Origin: Lama guanicoe
Taxonomy: Eukaryota
DNA: 64,000 nucleotides
Direction: 5' to 3'
Assembly: GCA_013239625.1 (NCBI GenBank)
Contig: MU053792.1
Coordinates: forward strand, 824,112-888,111
The notes beneath the pieces were generated by a model, which was not told the DNA's origin, did not search any database, and worked only from the letters and a program-made list of their open reading frames with translations. Shown here piece by piece: positions 1-11,812 of this stretch (positions are counted from its first letter, which is position 1; each line of letters starts with the position of its first letter). The position numbers and the translations under genes are program-made.

Positions 1-2030
1 TTCCAGAAGTTGCTATCTTTATGCTTTATGCAAATACTACACACATACACACATGCATGCTCCATTCTCCATATCTCAGTCCATCTTTTTGTAGTATCTA
101 AATTATCCAAGATAATAATTATTAACATCATAAATTAATTTGTACAAATATAATGGAAGCTCAGTGGAAAAGTATTTAAGGACAGATGAGGATTTGGAGC
201 TCAAATTATCCCTCACATGCTGCTCTTACACGTGGCCCTGTGCATTACAACGGTCTGACTATTTCATGTTAAAATCAGCACAGACATTATGTGAGCACAG
301 CACCACTAAACACAAAATGACAGCGTAGCAGGCCACTGCACTGTGACCCCACTAATGAGGTGTATTTGGGGAGAGCTATGCTAGTATTCTCTGTGCGAGG
401 CCTGCTAGCATTTTTAAGGATAAGAAGACAGGAAAGGTTTTAAGTGAATCAAAGATGTTATGGAAAATATGGTTTCTACCTAGAAACATGCGGTGAAATG
501 TAGAGTTATTTGAAGAAATTTTCAAATGTAAATATTCCTATCTTGCTACATAAAGACATTTTTTAGCTATTGTGCTGTGTGACATGAGCAGGTAAGTTTA
601 GTTCCTTGTGGGTTCAAGCAGGCATCCAGGCCTTGAGCATCCCTGCAACAAGCTGACATACTGACAAAGACAAAATCTGAGTGTTTAAATGTCAGCCTGC
701 TGCAAATGGTCTTCAATACATTTTAACACCACCCTAGGAAATGTAGTTAGTTATATAGTATATTTGATTCAAGGGTTTCTGATTTATATATATATATAAA
801 TAAAATATTAGGGGATAATTAAGATATCTCATTACTTATCTATTGTTATAAAATGCAGAGTAATCTTTACTTCCTATTTCTAGAAATGCTAATATTAAAT
901 TGAAAATCCTGAAGAGCTGGAACCTGAAACATATTATTCTCTATTCCATGTATTTTGTAATACATTTAAGACTTTTTAAATATTTTATTTAATTTTATTA
1001 TTAAACATTGTACCTATTTATTTCAAAATCTGAGCAAAACAAATCAAAAAAAGATTCATTATATTGTGAAATTTTAAGTAGAGAATTTTCTTCACCAATT
1101 AAAATATTCTATGATCAGATGTATAAAATTTGATTTGGACATGAGTTATGTACCCATTGCATGTCCTGGTTTTTACTAATATGCTTTAGTAAAGTGTTAA
1201 TTTGTAAATATTTATAAATTCATATATAGTACACACACAATACAAAACTATATTATAAAGTCTACCAAGGTCCAAATCTCTTAACCACAGATGTATGTGA
1301 TGCGATTTTTATTTAAATCATACTGTGCTATGAGTTTGCATTCTCATCCTCCACTTTATAAATAAGAAATAAAGCTATGAATGGTGATGAAATGTAGCAA
1401 TTACATTCAAATAAAAATCTGCAAATCCATAGGCTTTCGTTAAATATCACACTCAAACTTGTGATCAAGTAATAATGTGGCCAATGGACTCCCAGGTGAT
1501 ACATAATAAACTCCAAAATTGTTTCACAGCTTTTAATCAACATGAAAAAGAGTGAAAATCATTTGATTTAGAAGAGCAGAGACCACTGGTTATATCTGAG
1601 AGAAGGATGTCACTAAAGTGGGGTGCTAGAAATAAAGTGGGTTTCAAGAAAAGGAATTCAGAAGATAACCACTAGTCATTTGAGAAATTTGATAATGAAA
1701 GAAAGAAGAAAAGTAAGACAATAATTAATTAGGGTAAGAGAAGGAAAGGATAAGACAATTTATTGGAATGAAACTCAGTATGTCTGAGGGTAGAAGAGCC
1801 AATAATAAAAGGAAATTTTGAGTAGCAGGAAAGAGAAGGGGATTAAAAGTAATTTTTAAAAAAGGAATTGTGAATTAGCATAATTCCGGCTCAATAATTG
1901 TTCCCTTAGCGTTTCTCAGTAATAAAGAATTTAAGCCTCTAAGCAGGTAGAAAGTGAAAGTAAGTAGTCATAGCAACATGGGACTCTTGGAGTAGCGATT
2001 TTATTTCACACCTCTCCCCTTGCCTTTTTC

Positions 2031-2533
2031 TTTTTTTTTTTTTTTTGAGTTATAGTCAGTTAACAATGTTGTGTTAATTTCTCGTGTACAGCACAATTTT
2101 TCTGTCATACATTAATATACATATATTCATTTTCATATTCTTTTTTAACCATGAGCTACTACAAGATCTTGAATATATTAAGTTGTGGTGTATTTATACG
2201 ATTGAATACTATTCAGCCATAAAAAACGACAACATAATGCCATTTGCAGCAAGATGGATGTCCCTGGAGAGCATCATTCTAAGTGAAGTTACCCAGAAAG
2301 AGAAAGAAAAATACCATATGATATCACTCATATGTGCAATCTTAAAAAAAAAAAAGAAGAAGACAAATGAACTTAAATATAAAACAGAAACAGACTCACA
2401 GACATAGAATACAAACTCGTGGTTGCCAGGGGGATGGGAAGGGACATACTGGGAGTTCGAGATTCATAGATACTGACAGACATATATAGAATAGATAAAC
2501 AAGTTTGTACTGTATAACACAGGGAAATGCATC
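2031..2533 (-). mobile_element. 5'-truncated, 5'-inverted LINE-1 3' end
   Basis: Poly(T) at 2031-2046 then minus-strand L1 3'UTR to 2179; + strand segment 2180-2528 encodes the ORF2 C-terminus (LWCIYTIEYYSAIK...ILSEV). TSD ccccttg(c/t)ctttttc at 2016-2030 and 2534-2548. Confidence 0.9.
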
Positions 2534-2942
2534 CCCCTTGTCTTTTTCCACCAGACCCAGAGTACAAAAGAGAGAGAGACGAAGGAGAAAGTCCTGGATG
2601 CTGACTGGCTCTATTTGATTCCCTTAGACTGTGAGCAGTGTAGGAAGGAGATAGTATTGGCACCACCTCACTTACTTTCAATGAGCAGGGTGTCCAAAGA
2701 GATGGGGTGGTGACACAAAACTTTTGGCCACTGGATTGAGAATGATCATGAGATGATCCAGGAACACCAGGAGCACAGACTAGCTGGGAGGTGGGTTTCC
2801 TATCCCCCCAGCAGGGTACTGCTCTCTGTTTCCCCTGGCTTCCTTGCCTTGGCAATCTTCCTTCATATTATGGACACTTTTCTTCACCTTAGGCTTCAAC
2901 TTCAGAGCACTCATAGCTAATACTATCTTTGTCATATTAAGT

Positions 2943-3112
2943 CAATGATTCTCAAACTTTATTTTCCATAGTAACTCCATGGGGAGTTTATGAGTCCCAC
3001 ACCCAGGGATTCTGATCCAGTTGGTCTGGTATAGAGTCTAGGTATATTCTTTTTAACAAGAACATTAGGTGATTTTGATGTCAGTGATCTGAAAATAACA
3101 TTTTGAGAACTA
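2943..3112. mobile_element. MER5A-like hAT-Charlie DNA transposon fossil
   Basis: TIR-like ends caatgattctcaaa...tttgagaacta; internal gattctgatccagttggtctgg and tttttaacaag...ggtgattttgatg motifs typical of MER5. Confidence 0.7.
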
Positions 3113-5800
3113 GGCTTAAGTGAGGTAGAAGGATGAATTTATTATGTGTGTGCGTTACTTCTGATACTGATCACTTTGATTTTCTATTTTTATACATGGT
3201 AATCCATACTCCACAAATATTTGCATAGTACTCTTGAACTGGCAGAGGGGTGATTCAGGTGACATAGTTAAACTTAGTGTTTTCCACTAGTGAGGATGTT
3301 CGCAGAGACACCTCAGGACTGCGTTGGACCTTCATGGTCCGTATCCAAGACCACAGCTGGAGTCACTGGCATTAGGGAGAAGGGAGCACCCCCTAACCCC
3401 TCCATTATTGAGAAAAGGGCAAGGAGAACAGTCTAGGTTCAAGTGTTAGGGAGTGCTTACAGAGCATCCTTCCAAGTGTCCTTCATCTTCTCAGTCAGGT
3501 AGGAAAACAAGGCCAACTGCTGAAGGTGAGATTAATATGGGAAAGAGAGAGACTAAGTGAGAAAACATGACAGAGTCATTAATTCTGTTTCTATTACAAT
3601 CACTTATCTTTCTGATAAACTTTCAATGGAACTAGAGAGAGAAATCTCACTCTGTTTCTCTCATCTGAAGACACTATTTAGATTGGTTTCAAAATTACTG
3701 ATCTATTTAGGCAATTTTCAAATTCACAGTAAGGTTTTTATTATTAAAATAAATTAAACTTTGATTAAAATCTTATTAAAACACTCAGAAAAAGATAAAG
3801 GTTAAGAAAAGTGAGTATTTAACAGCATTATTTTCTAAGAAAGATAAAAATCACCTAATCGAATAAGTGTGGTTCTCTTTTTGCGAGTGAGAATGCTGTA
3901 AGTTTTAAATTAAAACCTAGACGTTCCATTTGCACAAACTGAACAATCTGAGCTTTTTCTGCATGATGTTGTGGCATGTGTGAATAGGCACAGGCCTGTT
4001 TTACTCTGTGTAAGATGGTGGGGTGTCTGTCTTCTGCGGTGGGGCTCACAGACCCAGCCTGCTACCTCACAGCTGCATACATTATACTCGCCAGGATCCC
4101 AGGTTAAAGCCTGTTTATGGAGTTCTGGTTCTGGCCCTGCAGCGTGATTTAAGGAGTTTTGGCTAAAAAGATGCAGAGGAGATGACCTCATCCCACCCCT
4201 GAAACAGTCTCAAACCTGCCTGAAGCAGGATCACGGCTCCCCGCGTCAACTCAGAAAACTGCTTTGTGGAAGACGTTGCCTCTCTCCTGGGTGACCGATG
4301 ACGGAACCCCGAGGCTTGACCACTCCGTGAAACTGGCATTCAGGCTCCTACTGGCACAGGTTTTTTTCTTTGGGAATTCTGCGGGTTCTTACTACTCAAC
4401 TGCATTTCACCTGCTTCCTCGGTGTCTCCAGCGCCCCCATACCCACTTTAACACCCAGTGCCCTTGTCCTGCCCCATCCATGGGCAGGCTTCTTCCTGCC
4501 CGCCATCCGCTGCTACGGCTTAGTTCCCTTCCTTTCCGATGTTCTGAAGACATACACATAGCAGACTCCACGTGCTCCAGAAAAAGAGAGGAGTTCTTGT
4601 TACTGAGCTTTTACAGTAGCACGTCTAGAGCTCTCCAAATATCTGCTGCTTTCAGCTTTGTAGCAAAGTTATTTAGGTACGTGTCATCTTTCCCACCATA
4701 CAGGACGGTTCCTCCTCTCCTGATAGGATGTGAGCTGCTCATGGGCAGGGACCAGTTTTGTTTCTCTCTGCAAGTCGTAATCACTATGTCTAAACATAGC
4801 AAGGTGTTCAATTTAACCTTTTCTTAATGTTAACCTGTATCTAATTTTACTTGGCTATAAAATGGAAAAGCTGTCACTCTTCCTTGAAAATGTATCACAT
4901 GTTTGTATGGGGTGCTGTATCAAACTGTTGCATCAGCAAAGTCAACAATTTCTAAGAATTAATAGACTAAAGATTGAAAATAAGGATTTCAAATGACCCA
5001 CTTAGTCTTATCTCTAGTTTGTCAATAATGGTTGATACTTAATTCCTATAATCAGCTTCTGTATTTGTGAAATGGGAATAATCACAAATCCCTCCATCCC
5101 CTGTATTTTAAGGTGTAAGGATAAATGGGTGGGTATGTGAGAGTATTATTAGTGTATTTTTTAAGTTATTTGTAAAATATCAAGTATTGAAAGTCTACTA
5201 AAAGCAATGAAGGCAGACCTCTTTCTGACACATTCAAACTTTAATTATGAAATAGGCATAAATCAGAGTTATAGTCAGAGAACATTTTAACGGAAACAGA
5301 ATTTTATGTGAGTCAAGCATATTCAATAGCACTCTGTTGAACAAGAGCTGTGAGCAAACAGAATTCCTTAGAGGTCTTCTACAATACACATAATAATTAT
5401 TTATAATTACCATAGTCTTTGCTTATACAGAAATGTTTATCCAATATATTTTCCACCAGAATATTATAATTACCATAATTATCTGAGAAACAAATGTTTC
5501 TAAAGTATATTTTAACCATAATGAACTTTATCGATATTTTATTAATATTATTTTCTCACAAAATCTTATTAGTAGCTGAGGGAAATATAAACCTGGGCCT
5601 ACCTTACCTAAACTTTTTACAAGTGCTGAATTAGTTAAGTCTATAATAAGTAGGTCTTTTTAGGCTGTTTATATTATTATTGCCAAAAACAGTTCTATGT
5701 TTTAGATTTAACTAATACTTGACAAATTATTATAGATAGATAACATTATAGGATTTTGAATAATTCTTGTTTGAATAGTAGATTAAAATCCTTGAAAACT

Positions 5801-6560
5801 TTTATTCTTTTTTTTCTTTATTTTCATTGAAGTATATTTGATTTACAATACTGTGTTAGTTTCAGGTATACAGCAAAGTGATTCAGTTATTTTTTTTTCA
5901 GATTATTTTCCATTGTAGGTTATTGCAAGATATTGACTATAGCTCCCTGTGCTCTACAGTAAATCTTTGCTGCTTATCTATTTTATGCATATTAGTTTGT
6001 ATCTGTTAATCTCATACTCCTAATTTATCTCCCCCCTCCCTTTCACCTTGGTAATTATAAGTTTGTTTTTTATGTCTGTGAGTCTATTTTGTATATAGAT
6101 TCATTTGTATTACTTTTTAGACCCCACATGTAAGTGATATATAATATTTGTCTTTGATGTACTTCTCTTAGGATAATATTCTCTTTGTCTATCCATGTTG
6201 CTGCAAATGGCATTATTTCATTTTTTATGGCTGAGTAGTATTCCATTGTAGATATACTACATCTTCTTAAATCAATCATCTGTTGATGGACACTTAGGTT
6301 GTTTCCCTGTCTTGGCTATGCGTGTATCTTTTCAAATCATACTAGTCAGAATGGCCATTATCAAAAAGTCTACAAATAATAAATGCTGGAGAGGGTGTGG
6401 AGAAAAGGGAACCCCCCTACATTGTCAGTGGGAATGTGAATTGGTGCAGACACTATGGAGAATAGTATAGAGGTTTGGTGAAAAACTAAATAGAGCTATC
6501 ATGTGATCTGACAATCCCACTCCTGGGCATATATCCAGAAAAGATGAAAACTCTAATTTG
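5801..6560 (-). mobile_element. 5'-inverted LINE-1 3' fragment
   Basis: Minus-strand 3'UTR and ORF2 C-terminus (MEYYSAIKNEIMPFAATW) to 6337, then + strand ORF2 segment 6338-6560 (atggccattatcaaaaagtctacaaataataaatgctggagagggtgtggagaaaagggaacc). Confidence 0.88.
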
Positions 6561-8036
6561 TTCACTTTTTAAGTCAATAAATTTTTCTTTTCATAAGTTG
6601 AACTAAAGTGTTCTGCCATTATAAACTCTTAAACACAAACTTTTCTTCACTGATGCTGTTTAAAATCTTCAATATTACTACCCACAACAAAGCGGGTCAC
6701 TTTGTTATTGGCCCCGAGACGTGTGTATTCTTCCATGCTGTAGAAGCCACTAATAAGTGTTCCATAAGCACATTATTTCATTTCAAATTCCACTCCTGTC
6801 CTTCAAAACTGATGACATAATTCATGAAGGAACTTAATAAATATAAAATGATAGATGAGTCTTCAGTGAATTGTTTGGACAGAATTCTCCAAATATCCCT
6901 GGCAGCACGTATCCACAGCATTTAGAATGCCCTATTAATACTGCATAATGGATCCTGCTGTGATGTTGTGGAATGTTGATGGTGAAGTGCCGTGTTCACA
7001 TGTACCTCGAAGGTCTGAATGATGCAGCTTCTTTACAATATTATAAGATACCCCCAAAATTGCTTCAAGGATCCTCTCAATTTCAGTATATCAGCCATAA
7101 GTTTAACTTTTGATTATCAAAAAGTACAAACACCTCACAGACTCAAAATAGGGTGAAAAATGTGCATTCGTTAGAAAGCCAGTCTTATAAAGGAATTGGA
7201 ATCTGAGCTGTTCCTCCATTTGAGTGTGCCTGTGGTTTCGCAAATTGTCCTTTTCCATCTATTATTAACCAAGGGGAGTGACCTTTTCTTACCTCTTCGA
7301 CCTTTTCATAATCAACCATCCTAAATCTTCAAAAAACATTCTGTTGCCCTCCATGACTCATAGAAATCTCAGAAAGCAAGCAAAGAAGTCAGCCTGTGTA
7401 GAAATGGTTGCTTATTTATTAAAAAGCCCAGAAATCTTGACTTTCATTTTGGGCTTCTTAAGCTTCCAGTTTGCTCCACAGCAAAATTCAGATGATTAAC
7501 ATTCCTTGTATATGATTTAATGGTTTCTCTTTAACCCTCACTTGTTTCTTTTTGATGATATGATTTCTCCTTAGTAAAGTCAAATAAGTCAGCATTCAGA
7601 TATTTGAACTGAAGATGGAATGCAGAATGGGTAATCCCAAGAAAAGTCCTTAAGTCTTTTAAAATGTTCACTCTTTTCTCTACATGGAACATCTTCACCC
7701 CAAAGCCTTTTCTTAAACCCTTAGTTTTGTCTTTCGACAACAAAATGAAGACATAAGCACTGTTCTGTTTGCAGCCTGTGGGCAGAGGGAGCTTGCTTTC
7801 CCTTTGGATGTTTGAGGCTCATTCACAGCAAGACCGCAAGTCTGGAGTCCAAAGCTCAGGCTTCTTAACGACCCCATTTTCCACAGTTGGGACAGGAAAG
7901 AAAATCAAGACAACGAAGAGGGTTTCTGTGAAGCTAACTTTTTAAATTTGGAAAAATATTCCTTATTCTAAAACTATATCTTTCCTACTATGTATACCTG
8001 CATAATTTTACAGAAGAAAACATTTTAATTCTAAAA

Positions 8037-8623
8037 TAGTAGGAAAGAAATGTTAGAGCAGGCAGATAGCTAGATATGAGCAGAGAAAGGGGGACACAGA
8101 CCAAATGGCAGGAATTGGGCAGAAAGGCAGGGCACAGGCCAAATGCTGGAAAACACACATCATGTAAGCAGCAGGGGTCCCTGGGCAGAGAAAGAAAAGC
8201 AGGAACCTTTGGGCTGATATGTGGCCACACCTTTTGGCTTGGAGACCAACAACAAAAAGTGAGAAAAGGCAGGAATCTCCAGTGTCTGAATGTAATCTCT
8301 TGCTCATTATGCCCTCTTTTCAACAAAATTAGCCTTGCAGATCAGAAGTACCCATCATGCACCAATGCCATGACTTCAGATCCAGACTAAATAAGGACAA
8401 AAATCCCTCCTCCCTTTGTGAAGGTGGAGTTGGGATGATAATCAGGGAATATGACCCCAAGCCCTTTCCTCCCCAGTGAATATTCCGCACATTCATTTCT
8501 ACACTCTATGTAACTAACTTGCCAAAGAAACTGCTGCTCACCTGAGCTACCTGCTCTCCCCTTGAGTGTACTACCCATCCTTTAATAAATCCTCACTTTA
8601 TTTTTTTTAACCAAAAAAAAAAA
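8037..8623 (+). mobile_element. ERV (probably ERV1-class) LTR U3-R with poly(A) tail
   Basis: Purine-rich tract then TGTTAGAGCAGGCAGATAGCTAG start at 8051; AATAAA at 8584-8589; A11 at 8613-8623; no U5 seen. Confidence 0.7.
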
Positions 8624-8921
8624 TTATGCAGGTATAGATGGTAGTTATAAGGTTTTTGTGCATTTTTCATTATCCTGACTTGTTAAAATAAAAACTTGGA
8701 AAGTCCAAGTGAATATCACCATTTTTGTTGTTGCTGTTGTTCCAAAGATTGTAGAGTCTCGAGTCCAAAGCCACATGGAGATCTCAGTCCAGTTCTGGAT
8801 TTGCAGCCCTCTAATCTACTCGTTATTTTATTCTTCCCCAAGTGAAGCTAGAAACAAAAAGAGATGCCTAGTGCTGATAGCTGTGAATGTCACAGATAAG
8901 GGGGGGCACACATCATTGCTT

Positions 8922-9600
8922 TTCATTCATTGAATTGACGTTTGTTGAGCGCCTACTACATGCTAAGCACTCAGGATATAGGTTTTACTTTTTACATTTT
9001 TTTCATTTATGTTTTAAATGGAGTTCTCAGGGCAAGTCTCACTGAGAAGTTACCCTCTGAGTGACACTTAAAAGAGATGAGGAAGCTGTGTGGCTTTCTG
9101 AGGGAAAAGCATGGGTGGTAGAGGGAGCAGTATGTGCAGAGTCTTGAAGGGAGACTATGCCTTGTATAACTAAGGAATAGCAATGAAGCCTGTTTACTTG
9201 AACAACTTGAGCAAATTGCTGAGGAAAGGAGATGAGGTCCAAGAAGTATGATCGTGGGAGGAAAGTGTCATTGTGAAAACGTTATCATTTTTTTTAATGT
9301 TCTGCTTATTTTATGTATGTATTAATGTTTGTATGTATATAAGTAGGTATTTCCCTGAGTGATGTGGAAAGTTATCAGAGGATCTTGAGCAGAGAGATGG
9401 CATCAGGACAGGATCAATCTGACCACTTTGATGAGAACAGACTGAGAGGAGACCAGGGCCAAAATAGGAAAACCTACTAAGAGACTATTGCAGTAACTGA
9501 AGTGAGAAATGACAGTGATTTGGATCAGCGCAATGGCAGTGAAGATGTTGAGAAATGTTCACATTTATTTTGAGGCAGAACCAAGAGGATTTAGAGAGTA
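8922..9600 (-). mobile_element. LINE-2 fragment
   Basis: ttcattcatt...tttgttgagcgcctactacatgctaagcact L2 3' end, followed by L2-like body (gcagagagatggcatc, gagactattgcagtaac...gagaaatgacagtg). Confidence 0.7.
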
Positions 9601-11321
9601 TAATATCTAACAGTATTAGATCATACTTTCCTGTTAGTATGGATAAATGATTTCCTATAGCATTCTGTGAACAAATACTTTAATTGTAAGTTTGCTTAAG
9701 CGGTCACGCGACAATCACATGATAATTTGCAACCCAAACTCTGTTGATCTCTTCCAAAGATGTGGCAGTCACTCATTGTAAAGGAGAAATGAAAGAGTGA
9801 AAGCAATTAGATACAGTGAAAACTCAAGTTTCAGGTCCTCAGAGTCTGGAACCAGCCAGTCATTGAATGATTTAAGAATTCTTGATGCAAATCTGTTCCT
9901 AGAATAATATGATACTGAGGAAAAAGAGAACCACACCATTGATAACCCTTCAAAAGCCTTCTTAAAATATTTATTTTAATGGGAACTCAACAAGAAGATT
10001 CTTATTTTGCTCTTTTTCCTCTTTTGATTTATTCTGCTCTAAGCTAATAGAAGTTCCTGTCCTTTTGAAGACTATTAACTTCTTCTTAGCTTTGCCCTGT
10101 CCAGATTCCCCCAAGGACAAGGACAATGTTCTCAGAAACATGAAAAGTTTTTTTTTTGTTTTCGTTTTTGTTTTTTAAGATCCTTCTCTGCGGTAACCAG
10201 CTTCCCACAACTCAGCCTTTATGTTAACATCAGAAGTTTATTTAAATTGCACTGTGATTCCTCCCAGCTGCAAAATGCTTTGACTCAACATGGATTAGAA
10301 TTGCAAGTGAAACTTGTTTACCTAATAAGATCACTTGATCCTCAAATCTATTAGTTTATGTTGTTTTGTAAAAAAAAAAAAAAAAAGTTTATTTGTTAAC
10401 ATTTTTAAATTGGTTTGGAAAGTATAAAATATAATATGCCATAGACAAAAAAGTCAATAAGTAATGTGTTAGGCCTACGTTTGAATTCTCTCATCTGTCT
10501 AAAATTTAATTTGGCTTTTCAGGAGTCGTATCCACTGAACCCATCCTGTTAACCCAAATGTATCACCCTTTTAATATCTTTCCAAACCAAGAAAGCTCGA
10601 ATTGCTTTGCATTGGAATTCCAATGCAATTTTCTTGGTCTCAACATCTTGCAAACACTGGGTCCAGAATTCTTTGATCTCACACCCTGGATCCTGGTTCC
10701 TGATTCCCAGCTCTAGACACCTCACAGAATTTCTATTATCCTAAGTTTCTGAGATTAAAAAAAAAAGTAGTGTTGATAGGTTCACATGTAAGTCCTCAGA
10801 AACATGGATGAATTAAACTTTGGCCAAATAAGAATAAGAAAAACAAGAAAGGAGACTCAGAGACAACCTGAACCGCCAAGACCTCTTCACAGATAATTCC
10901 TCTGGACTTTCACATGACCTCTCCCACTGGTCATTTTCTCCTGTCGCTGCTTTTTGTCAGTTCTCAGTCACGACATAGGAGGAATTTAAAATTATGAGCT
11001 GCTTGTTGGCAATGCCTTATTTACCTCTGCTCTCCCCAGGACATAGCCTGATAGCTGACCCCCTACATCTTGAATTGACTGCATGGTTCTGGTTAACACC
11101 TGATACTCTAGTGTAATATTAACAGTGCCCCTACTTTTAATCTTGAAAATATCTCAATTTGTATGATACATTGAAGTCACCCTACTGATAACAAGCAAAG
11201 TTAAATATCGCTGAGCTAAGAAGTGACCAATCCAGTCCAAGTGAGTTTGAGATGCAGGGCACCTTCAGCCATGCTTGAAACGACTTCAGATTATTCTGTG
11301 GATGAACAGACTCTTACTGGC

Positions 11322-11812
11322 AATCAAGATGGCAGAGGAGGAAAATCCTGAGCTCGATCTTTTCCTAGACACCAAAACTGTAACTACATGTAAAGCAGTT
11401 CTCTCTGAAAACAACCTAGCTGACTAGCAGAACAGCTCTTCTACAATTAAGGATATTGAAACAAAAACAAAAACAAACAAAACAAAAACGCTCCAGCACG
11501 GGTAGGAGAGGGAGAGAAGTGATCCAGTCAGGACCCACCCACCCCCAGGGCAGGCAGCCCCAAAGAGAAAAGGTAGAGGAAGGGTCTATCATAAACTCAG
11601 AGGTTCTCCCTGAAGAGCAAGGGGTTCCAGCCCCACACGGGGCACCCAGCACTGGGGATCAGCACCAGAAAGATAACCCCCCTCAACTGATTTTGAAAAC
11701 CAGTTTATGACAGGGAGAGCCGGAGGGCTGTAGGAAATCAGACTCTGTTCTTGAAGGAACATACACACAAATTTACTCTCTCCAAGTCCCAATGCAGAGG
11801 CAGCAGAGGGAA
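11322..11812 (+). mobile_element. Isolated LINE-1 5'UTR fragment
   Basis: Starts caagatggcagaggagg...cctgagctc (YY1-type aagatggc at 11326-11333); similar to the 5'UTRs at 47750 and 49070; contains a (caaaa)n tract. Confidence 0.75.

Noticed and set aside
2373..2855. 160-aa minus-strand ORF
   Set aside because: Non-ATG start; spans an L1 3'UTR and its flank; no homology.
4264..4827. 187-aa ORF
   Set aside because: TTG start, no recognisable homology, and its end runs into an L2-like fragment.
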